Shown one piece after another: positions 39,048-52,085 of a DNA stretch of 64,000 nucleotides; position 1 is the first letter of the stretch, and every line of letters starts with the position of its first letter. The stretch is taken from the NCBI GenBank assembly GCA_028534125.1, contig CM052817.1:72790001-72854000 (forward strand). The letters are read 5' to 3'. Under the pieces are notes generated by a model. That model saw only the letters and a list, made by a program, of their open reading frames with translations, did no database searches and was not told the origin of the DNA. A program made the translations under genes and the position numbers. The DNA comes from Lama glama (Eukaryota).

Positions 39048-41399
39048 TCTAAGAGACTCTGTGTTTTTTTAAAAACTGTAATCCAATGCTGACTGATAAT
39101 TCCTAACAGTTCTTTGTTTGACAAGAATAAGGATTTATAAGATAACTGTAAAATCTTATATAAATTGAATGATAACTTCAAGAAGCTTATAATCTTATAT
39201 TCATTTTACAAAATCACTTTTACAATTACTACTTTGTCAAAACTAATATTTCCATGAAATAAAATATTGAGCAGTATCTTCTAATAAGTTCCTTGGAATT
39301 TATTTCCTTGAAAGCCATATATTCTTAACTACAGGCATGTTACGCTAAATATGTCCTGTCTTCATTTAGGCTTTACAAATATGCATAGCGTGTTATCAGG
39401 GCCCACTTAATCTTCACTTAACACAGTTAACTGCCTTAATCTCTCCTTACAAATAGATTCTTCAGTTCTCTTTACCACTATTATTTCTCACTTCTGGACT
39501 TCTTCCAGTGTTTCTTTTCTAAGAGCTCACAAAACAGCATATTGAATTCCAGGTGTGACCTCTCCCAATGGATGGGAGTGATCTGTTCTCTGCTCTCCTA
39601 AAGAAAAGCCCAAAATAATGCTAGGCCATCACCACTAAACCTTATCAGTCACCTTGAGATGGCTATAGTATTCACTGGCTTCCAGATTGTTCTTTCCTAC
39701 TGACTTTCAGAATCGCAGATCAATTTCCCACATTTTAAATGTGGGAAGAGATGACCTTATTGACACTCTCAGTTCTATAAGATTACAGGAGTTATGATGG
39801 AAAGAAAGTTCAGTAAGAACAAGAACATCACTCAACAGTAACAACTGTATGTAAATGTCTGCACACATGTTTAAAAGTTGTGAAAGATAATTATTTTAGT
39901 CACACAAATTCAGCCATTAAAAAATAACATATATATAGTTTGGTTCAATTACCTCTTCTTTATTCTTGGGGTGCACCAGTCTCAGAATCCCATTATTTTC
40001 CTTTATAATTTATTACTAATGTGTCTTTTCTTAGCAAAAGGAAGGGAAAGCATATTATAGAAATTGTTCTCTCAAAGGGAAAAATCATATTTTATGTGGA
40101 TTTTTTTCACAAAATAGGAGTCACAGTTTTGTATATTTAACACTTTTCCATCTGCTGACAAGTGGAATTTTTAAATTCTCAGCTTCTTGAGAGAAGCAAT
40201 CACTATTAAGCAGAAATAAGTTGGGGCAGGGGGGGTGACACCCAAGTTAAAAAACTACTGTTCAATTAATTGGAAAAGGCTATGCATTTATAGATGTTTT
40301 CTGCAGATGTCATAAAAGAAAATAATACAGAAGAAAATTTAGTGTAAGTGTAAATGATATTCCTTTGATTATTTCTGAGATGGATTTTATAAAATGCTTG
40401 TTTCAGGAGAAATAAATGAAATTTAAAATGGAGAGATTACAACAAAGCATTGTACTTGATTGATGTTCTCCTTATTAAAGAGAAATTACTCCAACCATGA
40501 TTGACATCTATTTCTGTTTTGCAGCATGTAAGTCAAATGCACTGTTAATAGTCATATCTATGCACTATTCCCAGCTCCATGAAAAATAAGTCATTTTCAA
40601 GAAGCTGATGTTTATGCATTTACTTTGTAAAGTTAATATGGTTATTAGTTAGAAACTAAAGAAAATAAGAAAATATAATTCATATGTAGTCTAAATTCCT
40701 TTGAAAAGAACAAGGATACTTAAGAATATTAAGGAGATTTTGCTTTTAAATATTCATTATTCATATTGAAAATTCCCAGAAAATATGATTTTTTTTAATT
40801 TTCAAAGGAATATCTTTAAAAAGTTATAAACCTCTATTCCCTTTTTTAAAAAAATCAATAATTGATGGCTATCAGTGAAGATTATTGATTCTGTAAATTT
40901 TCTTTCTAGGAAAAAAGTAAATCTTTCACACATTGGTTTTTGAGCCCAGTGTCAATGAGAATGGGGAAACTCCTCAAATAAGCATAATTTAGCTCCCCTT
41001 ACCTTTTAAAATAACAATACATCTTATAGACCTTTGCAGATTTACTTACCCAAACAAATCAAAGAGCTTATGTTTTATTGTAAAAATTCTACTTAGAAAA
41101 TTTATATAGTAAAATAATATGTTCCTTTGCAAGACCTGAGGCTCTAGTATCAAGCTTCTAACCACTTTTTCAACATGATAATCAAGAACTCTTACTACGT
41201 TTACAAAATGTATCCATCCAACTCCCTTGCACCAAATAAGTTTTTTTGTTGTTGTTGTTGTGGTTAATCCACAGATTTTTCTCAAGCGATTTTCTGTTTT
41301 GTCTGGAGCTGAGTCCTATTGTTAAATCCCTACAATTCAACATATATTTATTGAGAGTCTCAAGTGTGCAAAGCTCTGAGTTAAGCACTATTAAATCCC

Positions 41400-42180
41400 T
41401 GAATCCTGTTGTAAAATCCTATTTTGCCTACAACAATGAATCCATTTCAAAGGGTAAATAATTACAATAACCTTCTAACTGGTCCCCATAACTTCAGTTT
41501 ATCCCTCCTTTAATCCCATCTGAAAACTACAGTCAGATGAATTGTAAAATAAAACTTTAATAGCAGCTGTTGAAAAAAACACGTTTCCTCTTTTCTAAAG
41601 TAAATTCACCTATTATTTTTAGCTGTGGAAACTTTGTTTAAATAAAATATTTTTTAAAGCCCAATACATAAAACTGATAAACGTAGGATTACTTGGATTA
41701 AGCTGGAGAAGAGGGAGCAAAGACCATGGGTTCAAGGGAAATTTAGGTTTCTTGCCTTGCATTGAAGGTGTTCTACAAGAAAACCTCTTTATTCCTTAAC
41801 CACTATCTTCCTCCCACTGTCTCCATTCCTGAAACTTCTGGATCATCCACACATTTTGATCATTTTCTCTCAAATACATTCTGAACCATACTACCTTAAT
41901 CACCTTTGTTTAGGCTATTTATCCTACATGAAATACATGACTCTTCCCACCTCTTTGACGATTTAATCAATTTCTAACCATTATTGGAGGCCTAGTAAAA
42001 TTCTGCCTGCTTTCATACTTTTCTTAGTGACATAAAAAGTAGTGAAAATTCTCTCCTATGCTTATCACAAGGACCGCCATTTAGCATTGTTAGGTAATTA
42101 TATTAGGATAGCTTTAATATAGTTTAAGATAGTTTTTCCAAAATATCCTCACTGATTCATAAATGTCCTCCCAGTTAAAT
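41400..42180 (+). mobile_element. Highly diverged L2 fragments
   Basis: ATTACAATAACCTTCTAACTGGTC and pyrimidine-rich L2-like blocks. Confidence 0.45.
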
Positions 42181-42266
42181 GACTTCTAGGCAAACAAGCT
42201 TTCAATTCAGATTTCCTGTGTTTGGAGATCTGTCAAACCATTGCCAGTCTCAATGTTTTGGTCTCT

Positions 42267-42805
42267 GTGTTAGTTATCTATTGCTAGGTAACAACTTAGC
42301 ACAAACTTAGTGACCTAAAACAACACACAGTTATTTCTGTGGGCCAGTTTAGCTGAGTCTTCTGCTTAGGGTCTCACAAGGCTGCTATAAATAAGGTATC
42401 AGCCAGGGCTGCTGTCTCATCTGAAGCTTGACTGAGGAATCTACTTCCAAGTTCACATGGTTGTTGGCCGTGTTGGGCTCCTCAAAGGTTGTTGGATCAA
42501 GGCCCCTGTTTCCGGCTGCCTGTCAGCCAGAGGCCACCCTAGTTTCCTTCCATGTGACCTGCTACATAGGCAACTCATAACATGACAACTTGCTTCATCA
42601 AAGCAGCAAGAAAAGAGACAGGCATTATCATTTATGTAACATAATCACATACACATAATCATATACATCCTGTCACCTTTGCCATAATCTACTTAGCTAG
42701 ATGAAAGTCACAGGTGCTGCTCACACTCAAGCAGAGGCGGTTACCCACAGGCTTGAGTACCAAGAAGCAGGGATCATGAGGGCCACAAGCCTGTCTGCCA
42801 GTCTG
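42267..42805 (-). mobile_element. MaLR LTR (MLT1D/E-like)
   Basis: TGTGTTAGTTATCTATTGCT...AAACTTAGTGACCTAAAACAACAC...GGGTCTCACAAGGCTG...CACCTTTGCCATA...CACACTCAAG. Confidence 0.9.
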
Positions 42806-45214
42806 CTAAAATTACTATATCAGTGAAAGGACACTTAAATTAAATGAAGTCAAGAAAACTTTTAAGTTGGTTCCAGACATCTGGGGGATCTTCACACACA
42901 TTAGTAAAAGGTGTACATTATGTTGCAGCATGCTCAGCTGTTTTATAAATAATAGTGTTAGAACACGGAAGGAAATTTTCTCAGTACATATATTTGGTAA
43001 TACCTGTTCAAAAATTGGAAGGGCTAATCTGAATTTTCCTTTTAGTCAAAGAACTTTTCCAGCAGACTGGTTAAGAGAAGGACTAAAGTCTTAGAGATGG
43101 TGGAATTCCATGAACTCCACTTACCAATACAACTGGCTTTGGGAAAGACTGATTGATTTAGGACAGAGTGTTGCACATCGCCATCAGTGCCTTACAGAAG
43201 CATGCTTTCAAATGTCCTCTTCCAGAGAATTTGGCCAAAAGCAGAGGACTATGACTCTGGGTTCAGTGAAAGTCTGAGTTAACCTCAAAGGCTAGAACAT
43301 CTGCAGGGGAAAGAAGTGAGAGGAATTCATAGGAAAAATAGAATAGAGGAACTGTCATTAAATTGTCATCAAATCAGGCTCCACACATTATTCAAAGTTC
43401 TCAGTGAGGAAATCTGTCAAGTAAATTAAGGAAATAGACAAAGGATTGTTTGGATTTACAAACTTTTCAAAAATGGGACTAGATCTACATTCAGGTCCCA
43501 ATATGAGTCTTCTTTGACATATCTCAAACCCATGCATAAGAATCATCTGTTCACTCATCCTTAGGGAGGTATGTACAAAATATATATCTCAATGGGGTGC
43601 CAGATCCTAGTCAGTTTTTCTTTAACTTTCTTAATAAAAGACATTGGACATTTTTCACACTAGGAGAACACTTTGGAAAAGCTATGTTAGTGTGAGGCCA
43701 ACAAAGTCAGTTATTTCTCTATAAATGAATTCTAAGGGCTTAAATGTTTTATATTATTTCTCTCCACAAATTATATATTTTCCTTTAGGTTATTGCAAAG
43801 CTTCAGGAGTCGATGACCGTTTTCTAGAATTAAACTTTTGCAAAGATTATACTGAAAAGACTCATAAAAATAGATCTGTAGCTACTTTTTTTATAGATGT
43901 ATCTCAAGTGCCTAAAACAACACTCAATATATTAGCTGCTCAATATTTTTTGAGTGAATGAACAAAAAATTAGAACTGGGAATGATTTCAAAGTTCATGT
44001 AGTCCAGCTGATGTCTTGCTCAGCGTAATGCTCCCACAGCTTCCTAATCTTGAGTTCCTTATATATTTACAAAGTTAGAGTTGACAAAGTTTATTCCAAA
44101 CCATTATTCTATTTCATCTTCGACAAAATGCTCTATGATCAGTATTAATACCCTTCACTTAACAGATAGAAAAACAGACTCTAAAAAGTTATGTGTCCAA
44201 AATAACACAGAAGTGGAGTCACCAGCTAGTTTGTTCCATTCACATGTAACTTTATGTGCTTGGCCTCATTTTAGACACCCATACAATAAAGATCATCTAT
44301 ACCCACTTCCTGCCAGCCTGAACCCTCTTCCCTCTGATTACAAAATCATTTCTTTGCTGGGAAGGGCAGGGTGAGCCAAGCAACCTTGAACAACATCAAA
44401 GCTGCCAGTTTTCTGGAAAGGCTGTCAGTGCATCCTTGTGGCTCTGTGTTCAGCCACTCTGTGTTAGGAAGACTGCCTACCCTCCATTCTAAAGATTCAG
44501 AAAAAGACCTCACTGGGGTGGTCCCCATCATCCTAGCTCCTAGTCACATTGTCAATCTAAAAGAGAGCAACTACAGTTGTTTGTCAAGCACCACGTGTGT
44601 CAAGACCTAAAACCTAAGGCAAGAATGAAGAGAAGAAAGAGCTAAAGGATTTTCGCAGTGGACTCCAAGATAGCAGACACTCAATGAATGTTAATAATTA
44701 TAAACTTGGTCAAATGTAGGTTTTTCAAAGTCTGCTTTTACTAATAGCATTCTTCTTTCACCCTTATCAGAAATCTGGGTGGACTGCCTTCCTAGGAACA
44801 CAGATCAAAAGCAAAAAACTGTTTTCTAACTGTGGCAACAGCATGAAACTAAAAAGAACTAAAATTCATTCAAATGTAACCCAGATGCCAGCTCCCTGGA
44901 TGTCCCCAAGTCCTCCCACTATTAGTTTAGCCTATTCTTTATCTGAATCTATCTTCCACTAAGGAGAGGAAATCCAGAGTCTCTCTGTTTCTCTAGGGAT
45001 TCAGGCTGAGGCGGTGTATTATGTTGACTATAATTACCTCTGGTTCTCAGTTATTGCTTTGTCACAATTCTCTAACATTAATATATGTTATGACTTTTCC
45101 CTATTCTATTGCCCTTTTAAGACGATCCTGCTACTAATCCTGGGTACCAACAAAATTCAGAGAAGTTTTTACTGAAGGCTTAGGCCTAGCAAAAGAACCC
45201 AGCATACCACCTCA

Positions 45215-45263
45215 AAAATAATATATATATATAATATCCCTAAAATATATATATATCCCTAAA
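45215..45263. repeat. Short tandem duplication (TA)n-TCCCTAAA, two copies
   Basis: ATATATATATAATATCCCTAAA ATATATATATATCCCTAAA. Confidence 0.8.
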
Positions 45264-45713
45264 GACCTTATTATTGGGGGGGGTTGAGCTTTATAAAAAA
45301 TATTGTTACTTAGTATATCATTTTCTGAAACTTGATTTTCTTTATCACATTTCTAAAATTTACCCATATGGTTTCAGCTTCAACAATAATGATAATGTTC
45401 TGGTTCTTAGGTGGTGAGTTCATAACTATTATATTATTATGCTTCAAAAATTAAATATCATTCTTTCATATGTATCAAGTATTGTATTCCAAAAACATTT
45501 TTAACTAAATATTAGCCACTCCAGTTCTTAAAATTCTGACAGCCACTAACACCTCCAGGAACTTCTCCTTCTCCATCCAACTTTATCCATTCCATGGAGC
45601 TCAGTCAAAGACCACATTAATCGGCTCTGTTGTCCCTTCCTTCTTCCCTCCTCTCAGTTGCATTCCTCTAAGTGCAGCTAAATCCTTCACTCTTATCACT
45701 GAATTTTCCAAAT

Positions 45714-46130
45714 GTATTATTCAATATTAACTTGTAATAAGCAAATCTCCAACTCCTAATATTATGGAAACTTAATACAATAATACAGTATTCTTGCTTA
45801 TATAAAATCCAGAGCTAAAGTTCCTGGCCAGGAGATGGCCTGGGTAGCTGTTCCAATACATCACCTCAGAATTCAGGCTCTTGCCATTTTATGTCCCACC
45901 ATCTCAAAGTCCTTCTCTTCCTGCTGTGCGGTTAGGGAAAATGAGCAAGACAGATCTCACAGATCTTACAAGGATTTCTTATTATCAGGTCTGGAGTGGC
46001 ATGCATCACTTCTAATCACTTTCCATTCAAAGAGCCCAGTGACACATTTCCCCTAGACACAAGGGACTACAGGTAAATCTACGACTTCCTGTGTGCCAAG
46101 AGAAAAATTAAACAGTTTGGTAAACTTATA
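45714..46130 (-). mobile_element. MaLR LTR (MLT1-type)
   Basis: TGTAATAAGCAAATCTCCAA...CTGGAGTGGCATGCATCACTTCT...TTCCATT. Confidence 0.6.
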
Positions 46131-46140
46131 GTATTGCCTC

Positions 46141-46214
46141 TGTTTTGTTTTTGTTGTTTTTATTTATTGTTTGTTTGTTTTTTGCTTGTTATTTTTGTTT
46201 TTGTTTTTGTTTTT
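46141..46214. repeat. Imperfect (TTTTG/TTTTTG)n simple repeat
   Basis: Read directly. Confidence 0.85.
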
Positions 46215-47045
46215 GCTTCTCCAGCCTGTTCAAGCTATTGTGGGAAACAAGGAGGCAGAGGGTAGAAAGGTTTTTTTAATATATATGTCTTTCATACACA
46301 AGTAGAATATCAGGCTATTTTCTATACAAAAATAAAACTCTTTACATGAATGGATTTGCTACTACCATAAAATGGGGAGGAGGGCTCTTAGAGAAAATAA
46401 CAGTTTTCCTTAGCAACACTTTTATTTAGCATTGCCATTCCTAGGAATAGAGAAGGTCAGAATGAAAAAAGTCAACTGAGGTTCTGAACCCATTCATTTT
46501 TTTCAATTTGTTTCAGAGTCAGCTGCCTTAAAAACCAAGAGAAGAAGATTTAAGAGGTAAAAAGGTATTCTGAATTACAAAACGTTTGGTTTTGCATATA
46601 AAGAGTCACAGCTTGGAGGACTAATATGGAGTTTATGCCATAGCCTTAGAGTAAAGAAAACAATCATAAAGGAAGAGATGTTTCCCCAGTTCAGAAGGAG
46701 GTTATATGTTGGCCAATGGGTGGGAAAGGAAGAATCAAAGGAGACTTACTAGAGTGTAAATATTGGTAGCTACTTGAGAAAAGGTCTAGTGTTCCATCTC
46801 CTTAGACTAAATGATTGGAAGAATGACAGGAGGGAAGGAGGCATCTCAAGATAGCATACTGATAGAAATCTCAGATGAGTTTGAAGACATTTCAGAACAG
46901 AAGGCTCATTGTCTGGCTATAAAGAGTGTAACCAGGAGCTGGGTAGTGAAGTCCTCCATCCAACACTGCACCTGAAATAGCAGTGGTTGAAGGAGGTCTA
47001 GATGGATGGGTCTGAGAGCTTCCTCATAAGAGTCTCAGTATTCCA

Positions 47046-47388
47046 ATTATGCTAAGTGAAATAAGTTAGACAGAGAAAGACAAATTATCATTTATACATG
47101 GAATATAAAAAATACAATAAACTAATGAATATAACAAAAAAGAAGCCGATTCACTAGTGGTTACCAGTGGGGAGAGGGAAGGGGAGGAGAAATACAGGAG
47201 TAGGGGATTAAGAGGAACAAACTATACTGTATAAAATAAGCTACAAGGATATATTTACAACATGGGGAATATAGCCAATATTTCATAATAACTACACATG
47301 GCATATAACCTTTAAAAATTGTGAATCATTCTATTGTACACCTGTAACTGATATACTATTGTACATCAACTATACTTCAATTTTAAAA
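47046..47388 (+). mobile_element. 5'-truncated L1 3' end (cetartiodactyl/laurasiatherian type)
   Basis: ATTATGCTAAGTGAAATAAG...ACTAGTGGTTACCAGTGGGGAGAGGGAAGGGG...GTACATCAACTATACTTCAATTTTAAAA; same family as 60911-61875. Confidence 0.92.
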
Positions 47389-47772
47389 GCATGATAATTA
47401 GTCAAAGACAGTTAAAAGACAAGTATTGAGCACAGCATCATTAAAAAGAGTCTGATTAGAGAAGTTTTTTTCCAAGCCTTAGGAATTACTATTTGTCAGT
47501 ATCCTGTGTGGTGTGTGAAAGTCTTTTTTAAGCTAGAAAAGTGAGAGAATCTAATATAGTGCTATTTTGAATTATTTAACTTATGAACATAATCACAAGT
47601 ACTCATGCATTATCCACAAAAAGTGTAATTAAATGTAGGATACCATTTCACAAATAATACTTCCAAATGCCACAGATGCATTTCTTAAATATAAATAAAT
47701 TCACATTATTTTGTAACTGGAAAAAAAAAAGAGTCTCAGCACTCCAGAAAGACAGAGATGCAGCAAACACGA

Positions 47773-47802
47773 GTTCCCTAGCAACTCCAACAGACTATAT
47801 AA
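47773..47802 (+). promoter_or_regulatory. RFX X-box-like motif plus TATA-like element
   Basis: GTTCCCTAGCAAC at 47773-47785; TATATAA at 47796-47802. Confidence 0.3.
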
Positions 47803-48259
47803 GACTGAAGTCAAAAGCCCAAAAATGCCTTGCAGTGAGCTGAGAATTAGAGGCATGACAAGGTGTGAATTCAGCATCAAGGACAGAGGCCAATACCCAA
47901 GACCAAGATGAAAGAGAGACACCGCAGTGGAGGCCATAGAGCGCACAGGAGGTCCAGCAGGCCGGTTGGCTGGCTTTCAGCGTCAGAAAGAAACATGAGA
48001 TAACAACCATTGCCATGCCCCAAGAGGGCCAGGTTAGAATCATAATTAGCTAAGTTGTTACCAAAAGAGACTTAAAACAGAACTGAAAGTGCTAATTACC
48101 TTAAATTGGCAACAATGATTTGGCCTTCATCAACAAAAAAATGGGGATGGACTTGAGTAAGCTTATGTTAATTATAGGAAAACAAAGAACACTGCATTTT
48201 TTGCATACAAGCTGGAACTTGAATCCATTTTCAACTTTATCTCTTCTCTAACCTTTTGT

Positions 48260-49740
48260 TGATGGCATATTGTGTTTTAGGCTTTGTACTAGATGTTAAG
48301 AATGCAATGATTAATAAATCTAAGTTCCTGAACTTTCATAGTCTTATAGAGGAGTATGTTAGCTAGGCTACAAAACATGTTGTATCTGAATATTTGTACT
48401 AGGATATAAGTGTTCTAAACAAGGGCTTAAACAATAAAGAAGCTTATCTTTGGCACACAATTGTCTAAGTGTAAGCAGTGCAGAGTGGATATGGTAGCTC
48501 CACAGTATCAGGGACTTTGGCCTCTTCTATCTTGTTGCTCTGCCATCCCAGGGTGTTGCCCGTATCTGCATAGTCAAAAATGGTTCATCTTACCCAGGTT
48601 CCAGTCAGTGGACGGGAAAAGTAAAGAGGTAAGGGAAGGGCATACCCTTTACTTTAAGGGGCACATCTCAGAAGTTGCACACAACATTCTGTGTGCAGAG
48701 CATTGGCAAAAAACCCAGTCCTACAGTCACACATATTGCAAGGGAGGCTGGGAAAGGTAGCTCTCATTGGGACAGCCACATGCCTGTCTTTTTCAATACA
48801 TAAGGCCAGACCAGACATTGGGAGACAACTATAACATCTGCTTTAGTCTGCTCTTCTGGCTTCTCAAACATACATGATATACAATTCAACGAAAGAAGAA
48901 AATAACTTTTGGAGGAAAAATAGAGGAAAGTAAAGAGGGAAGCATGCTGATCAGGGAAGCCTTCAGAGAAGAACTGACGCTTGAACTGAGTCTCATAAGA
49001 TGAGTAGAAGTTCACAAAGACAACAGAGCAGAGTAAAGGGATTTAGAGGGAAGGAAAATTAATATGTGCAATATCATAGAAGTGTGACCTTTGCTGTTGC
49101 ATTTAGGGAATTGCAAGTAGTTCAATGGCGCCAAAGCATATGGAGGGATAGATGGGGACGAGATCGGCTAAATATAAAGAAATCAGATAATAAACAGCCT
49201 TCTATGGCTAGCAAGGAATTTGGCCATTGCTCTGTAGGTAAAAGGGAAATGCTGTTGAATTTTAAGTAGAGAAGTAACATAACCATATTTATATATTTAA
49301 GAGATTACTCTTAAGACAATGCAGATAGTAGATGAGCCTGGAGATACGGATAAGATTTAGGAGGCAGCTGCAACTGTACAAAAACAAGATTATAAGTGTA
49401 TTACTTATGGCAATACGCATAAGAAATAAGAGCTTTAGGGGACAGATTCTGTAGGGCTCGGCAATTAACTGGAAGTAGAAGTGAAGGGGAAGGAAGATCA
49501 TTGATGCCTGGATGGATGCAGCTTAAGAAGAGATTTCAAAATAAGATCATAGATATGTTGAGTTTGAAGGTACTAAGGATACTACAAAACACCTGAGTGA
49601 AGGTGATCAATATTCATATAAAAATAAAAATCTGAAGTTAAAGAGGTCTAAAATGGAAATGTGTAATTGGAATCATCAATGTGAGGTGATAGTTGAAATA
49701 TTTAACATCAATCTATGAAAATACATGGCTTGAGAAAACA
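48260..49740 (-). mobile_element. L2 3' region, interrupted by an MLT1 LTR
   Basis: L2 tail at 48260-48350; resumes about 48850 with TCAGGGAAGCCTTCAGAGAAG...TTGAACTGAGTCT...GTTGAGTTTGAAG. Confidence 0.75.
48355..48790 (-). mobile_element. MaLR LTR (MLT1J-like)
   Basis: GGCTTAAACAATAAAGAAG...TCTATCTTGTTGCTCTGCCATCC...CAGAAGTTGCACAC...TGCAAGGGAGGCTGGGAAA. Confidence 0.85.
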
Positions 49741-49831
49741 TCTGAGAATGGAAGTTTGCTTAGTATTCCATCCCAAGTAGTATATCAGACACTGTAAAGC
49801 ATTTCTGGAAATCAGATTTCAAGGTTCTGAT

Positions 49832-50012
49832 CCACACAGATAATAAGGTCTTACTGTATAGCACAGGGAACTATATTCAACAGCTTGTAATGACCTATAA
49901 TGAAAAAGAATATATATATATATATGTATGTATAACTGTATCACTATGCTGTACGCCAGAAACTAACACAACATTGTAAATCAACTATACTTTAATAAAA
50001 AATTTTAAAAAT
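49832..50012 (+). mobile_element. Short L1 3' end (cetartiodactyl type)
   Basis: AAGGTCTTACTGTATAGCACAGGGAACTATATTCAA...AACTAACACAACATTGTAAATCAACTATACTTTAATAAAA. Confidence 0.92.
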
Positions 50013-50567
50013 AACAAATTCAAAATTTATTTAAAGTTTATTGGGAGATGACAGTGAATCAGTAAAGAGAAGGAACTCTACTGCTTTATGGTAGAGGATG
50101 AGGAAGAAAACACTAAAATAATGATTTTAATAGAGTGAAAATTAGAAGATCTGGATGCCAATCCCAGCTCTGTCCTTTACAAGCAGTTTGACCCTGGGCA
50201 CAGAAGAAATAGATTTTCAAAGTGAAAAAAGAACCATGTGCAGAAAGAAGCAAAGACCTTGGAAATTGAAAGTAAACTGCTTGTATTTCCAACATTTTCT
50301 CAATTTCTGGCCTTCCCTGGCATTTCTTCATTCCTATCTTTGAGTTCCACAAAACACCACTGTAATTTATCATAGACTTCTCTTTTTCCTCTTAGTCCAA
50401 AATAAATTGATTTATTTCTTGCAACAATAAGATCCTAATATACAAATTCAATTTAAAAAAAAGAAAAAATGAATTTTCTTCTACATGGATATGTGGTTTT
50501 CTTAGTTCAATGCAAGAGAAAAGGAAGTGTGAGGAGGAAAGGGGGTAAGAAAAACTATCCCTATCTA

Positions 50568-51055
50568 TGGCAGAGATGGTTTATTACCATTCTATATAAA
50601 TACCTTCTTTTATCAATAGAAGAACCCACATTTTATTTGATAACTGGTTGAAAGCAGTCTGCAGTATCCCTTGTAGCCAGGCATGACATGTGACAAATTT
50701 CTGAATGATGAGATGATATTGAAACTTCATAGAAGACTGCTGAAAGAACACTAACTCATTTAGAAAATATTTATTTATCCTTTCTTCCTTCCTTCTTCCT
50801 GCATTCTGGACACCTGACATGAGGGCAGGAGATCCAGCAGCTATCTTGGACCCAGAGGTGATCTTGAAGATGAAAACCATCCACAGAATGGTAGATAAGA
50901 TGGTAGAAGGTGCCCAGGTCTCTGATGACCATAGAATCACCAAAAGAGCCTTGTGCTCTCTTCTCTGTTTCCTTCATATGGATGAGAAATAAGTTTTGTC
51001 TAAGACATTTGGGGTTTGCTGTTATTATGCAGTTAAATCTAATTGTAGCAGATAC
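50568..51055 (+). mobile_element. MaLR LTR (MLT1J-like)
   Basis: TGGCAGAGA...CCAGCAGCTATCTTGGACCCAGAGGTGATCTTGAAGATGAAAACC...GGTCTCTGATGAC. Confidence 0.85.
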
Positions 51056-51419
51056 TTTTTTAAAAAATTGACATGTCTTTGTATAATTTGTACAATGCCA
51101 ATTCCTAATTCTACTGCTGCATTTATCACAGAAAGTATTTTCATAAATGAAGAAATTATTTAAGAACTCCTCTTTGTTATATTTTATAGAAGTAAAAGCG
51201 ATATGGTGGGGGAAGAAACAGCCAGAGAAATTAAGAAACCCACATTTAGATGCTAGTTATATTACTTTGTTAAATAATAACACTTCAGGTACTTTTTTTT
51301 ATCTTTGAAATGAGGGATTTGAACTAGATGACATCTAAGGTCTCTTTTAACTGCAAAAACTTCTTTTATCCTATATGTCTTGCTTTTCTCACAGGATTAT
51401 TGAAAAGATCAAATGTATG

Positions 51420-51600
51420 ATTATTATTTAGCAATCACATAGCACTGTGCTAGGCACTTTACAAATATTAATTTAATCAGCATAACATATCTATGAGATA
51501 GGTGCCGCTCAACTTGTCCAAAGTCACAGAGCTTATACTTAGCAGAACCTGGATTCAAAGCCAGGAAGTCTGACTGGCTCTCTGATCTGAACTATTCCTC
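51420..51600 (-). mobile_element. MIR SINE
   Basis: GCACTGTGCTAGGCACTTTACA...AACTTGTCCAAAGTCACAGAGC...GGATTCAAAGCCAGG. Confidence 0.8.
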
Positions 51601-51673
51601 CATCCTGCCTCAAATAAACAGGGCAGTAAATAAGCCCCATTTAACCAAGAGACTATAGTCACTCCACTACAAA

Positions 51674-52085
51674 TGACTCAAAGAACCTAACAGGACCTGG
51701 CAGTTTTATTTATAAAACATTTCTAAATGTGATTTCTTCTAACCCTTTAAATTCAGTACCGGTGAGAAGCTCATCATGCAAAAGCGCCTTCAGAAAGGAA
51801 CTTGTATGGGATGCACGGTTTCCCCATGAAGCAGGACTGAAGAAATTTTCTCAGAATAGCCTCTGCGGAAGATAGGTGCTCATTCTTTCTAATAAATCAA
51901 TTTTTTATTTTAAGTAACTAGATAAATGAACAAATAAACCGTTGCCTATCATTTTTTCAAGCCGGAGGCACCATTGATCTTGCCCGCTGGCTGTGCAGCG
52001 GGAGGGATGCGCTCTGGCACGTCTGATGCCGAGCGGCCATCTCTGGGTGGCTCCAGTCACTGCTCCTCCTCACTTCCCTGGCATG
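51674..52085. promoter_or_regulatory. Candidate enhancer or alternative promoter (CpG-rich unique sequence)
   Basis: About 12 CpGs in 51760-52040; AP-1 TGACTCA 51674-51680; GAS TTCTCAGAA 51848-51856; ETS-like CACTTCC 52071-52077. Confidence 0.5.

Noticed and set aside
51710..51883. Minus-strand 58-codon frame with one in-frame TGA (MSTYLPQRLF*ENFFSPASWG...)
   Set aside because: No SECIS-like element or homology visible; readthrough or selenocysteine is unsupported.
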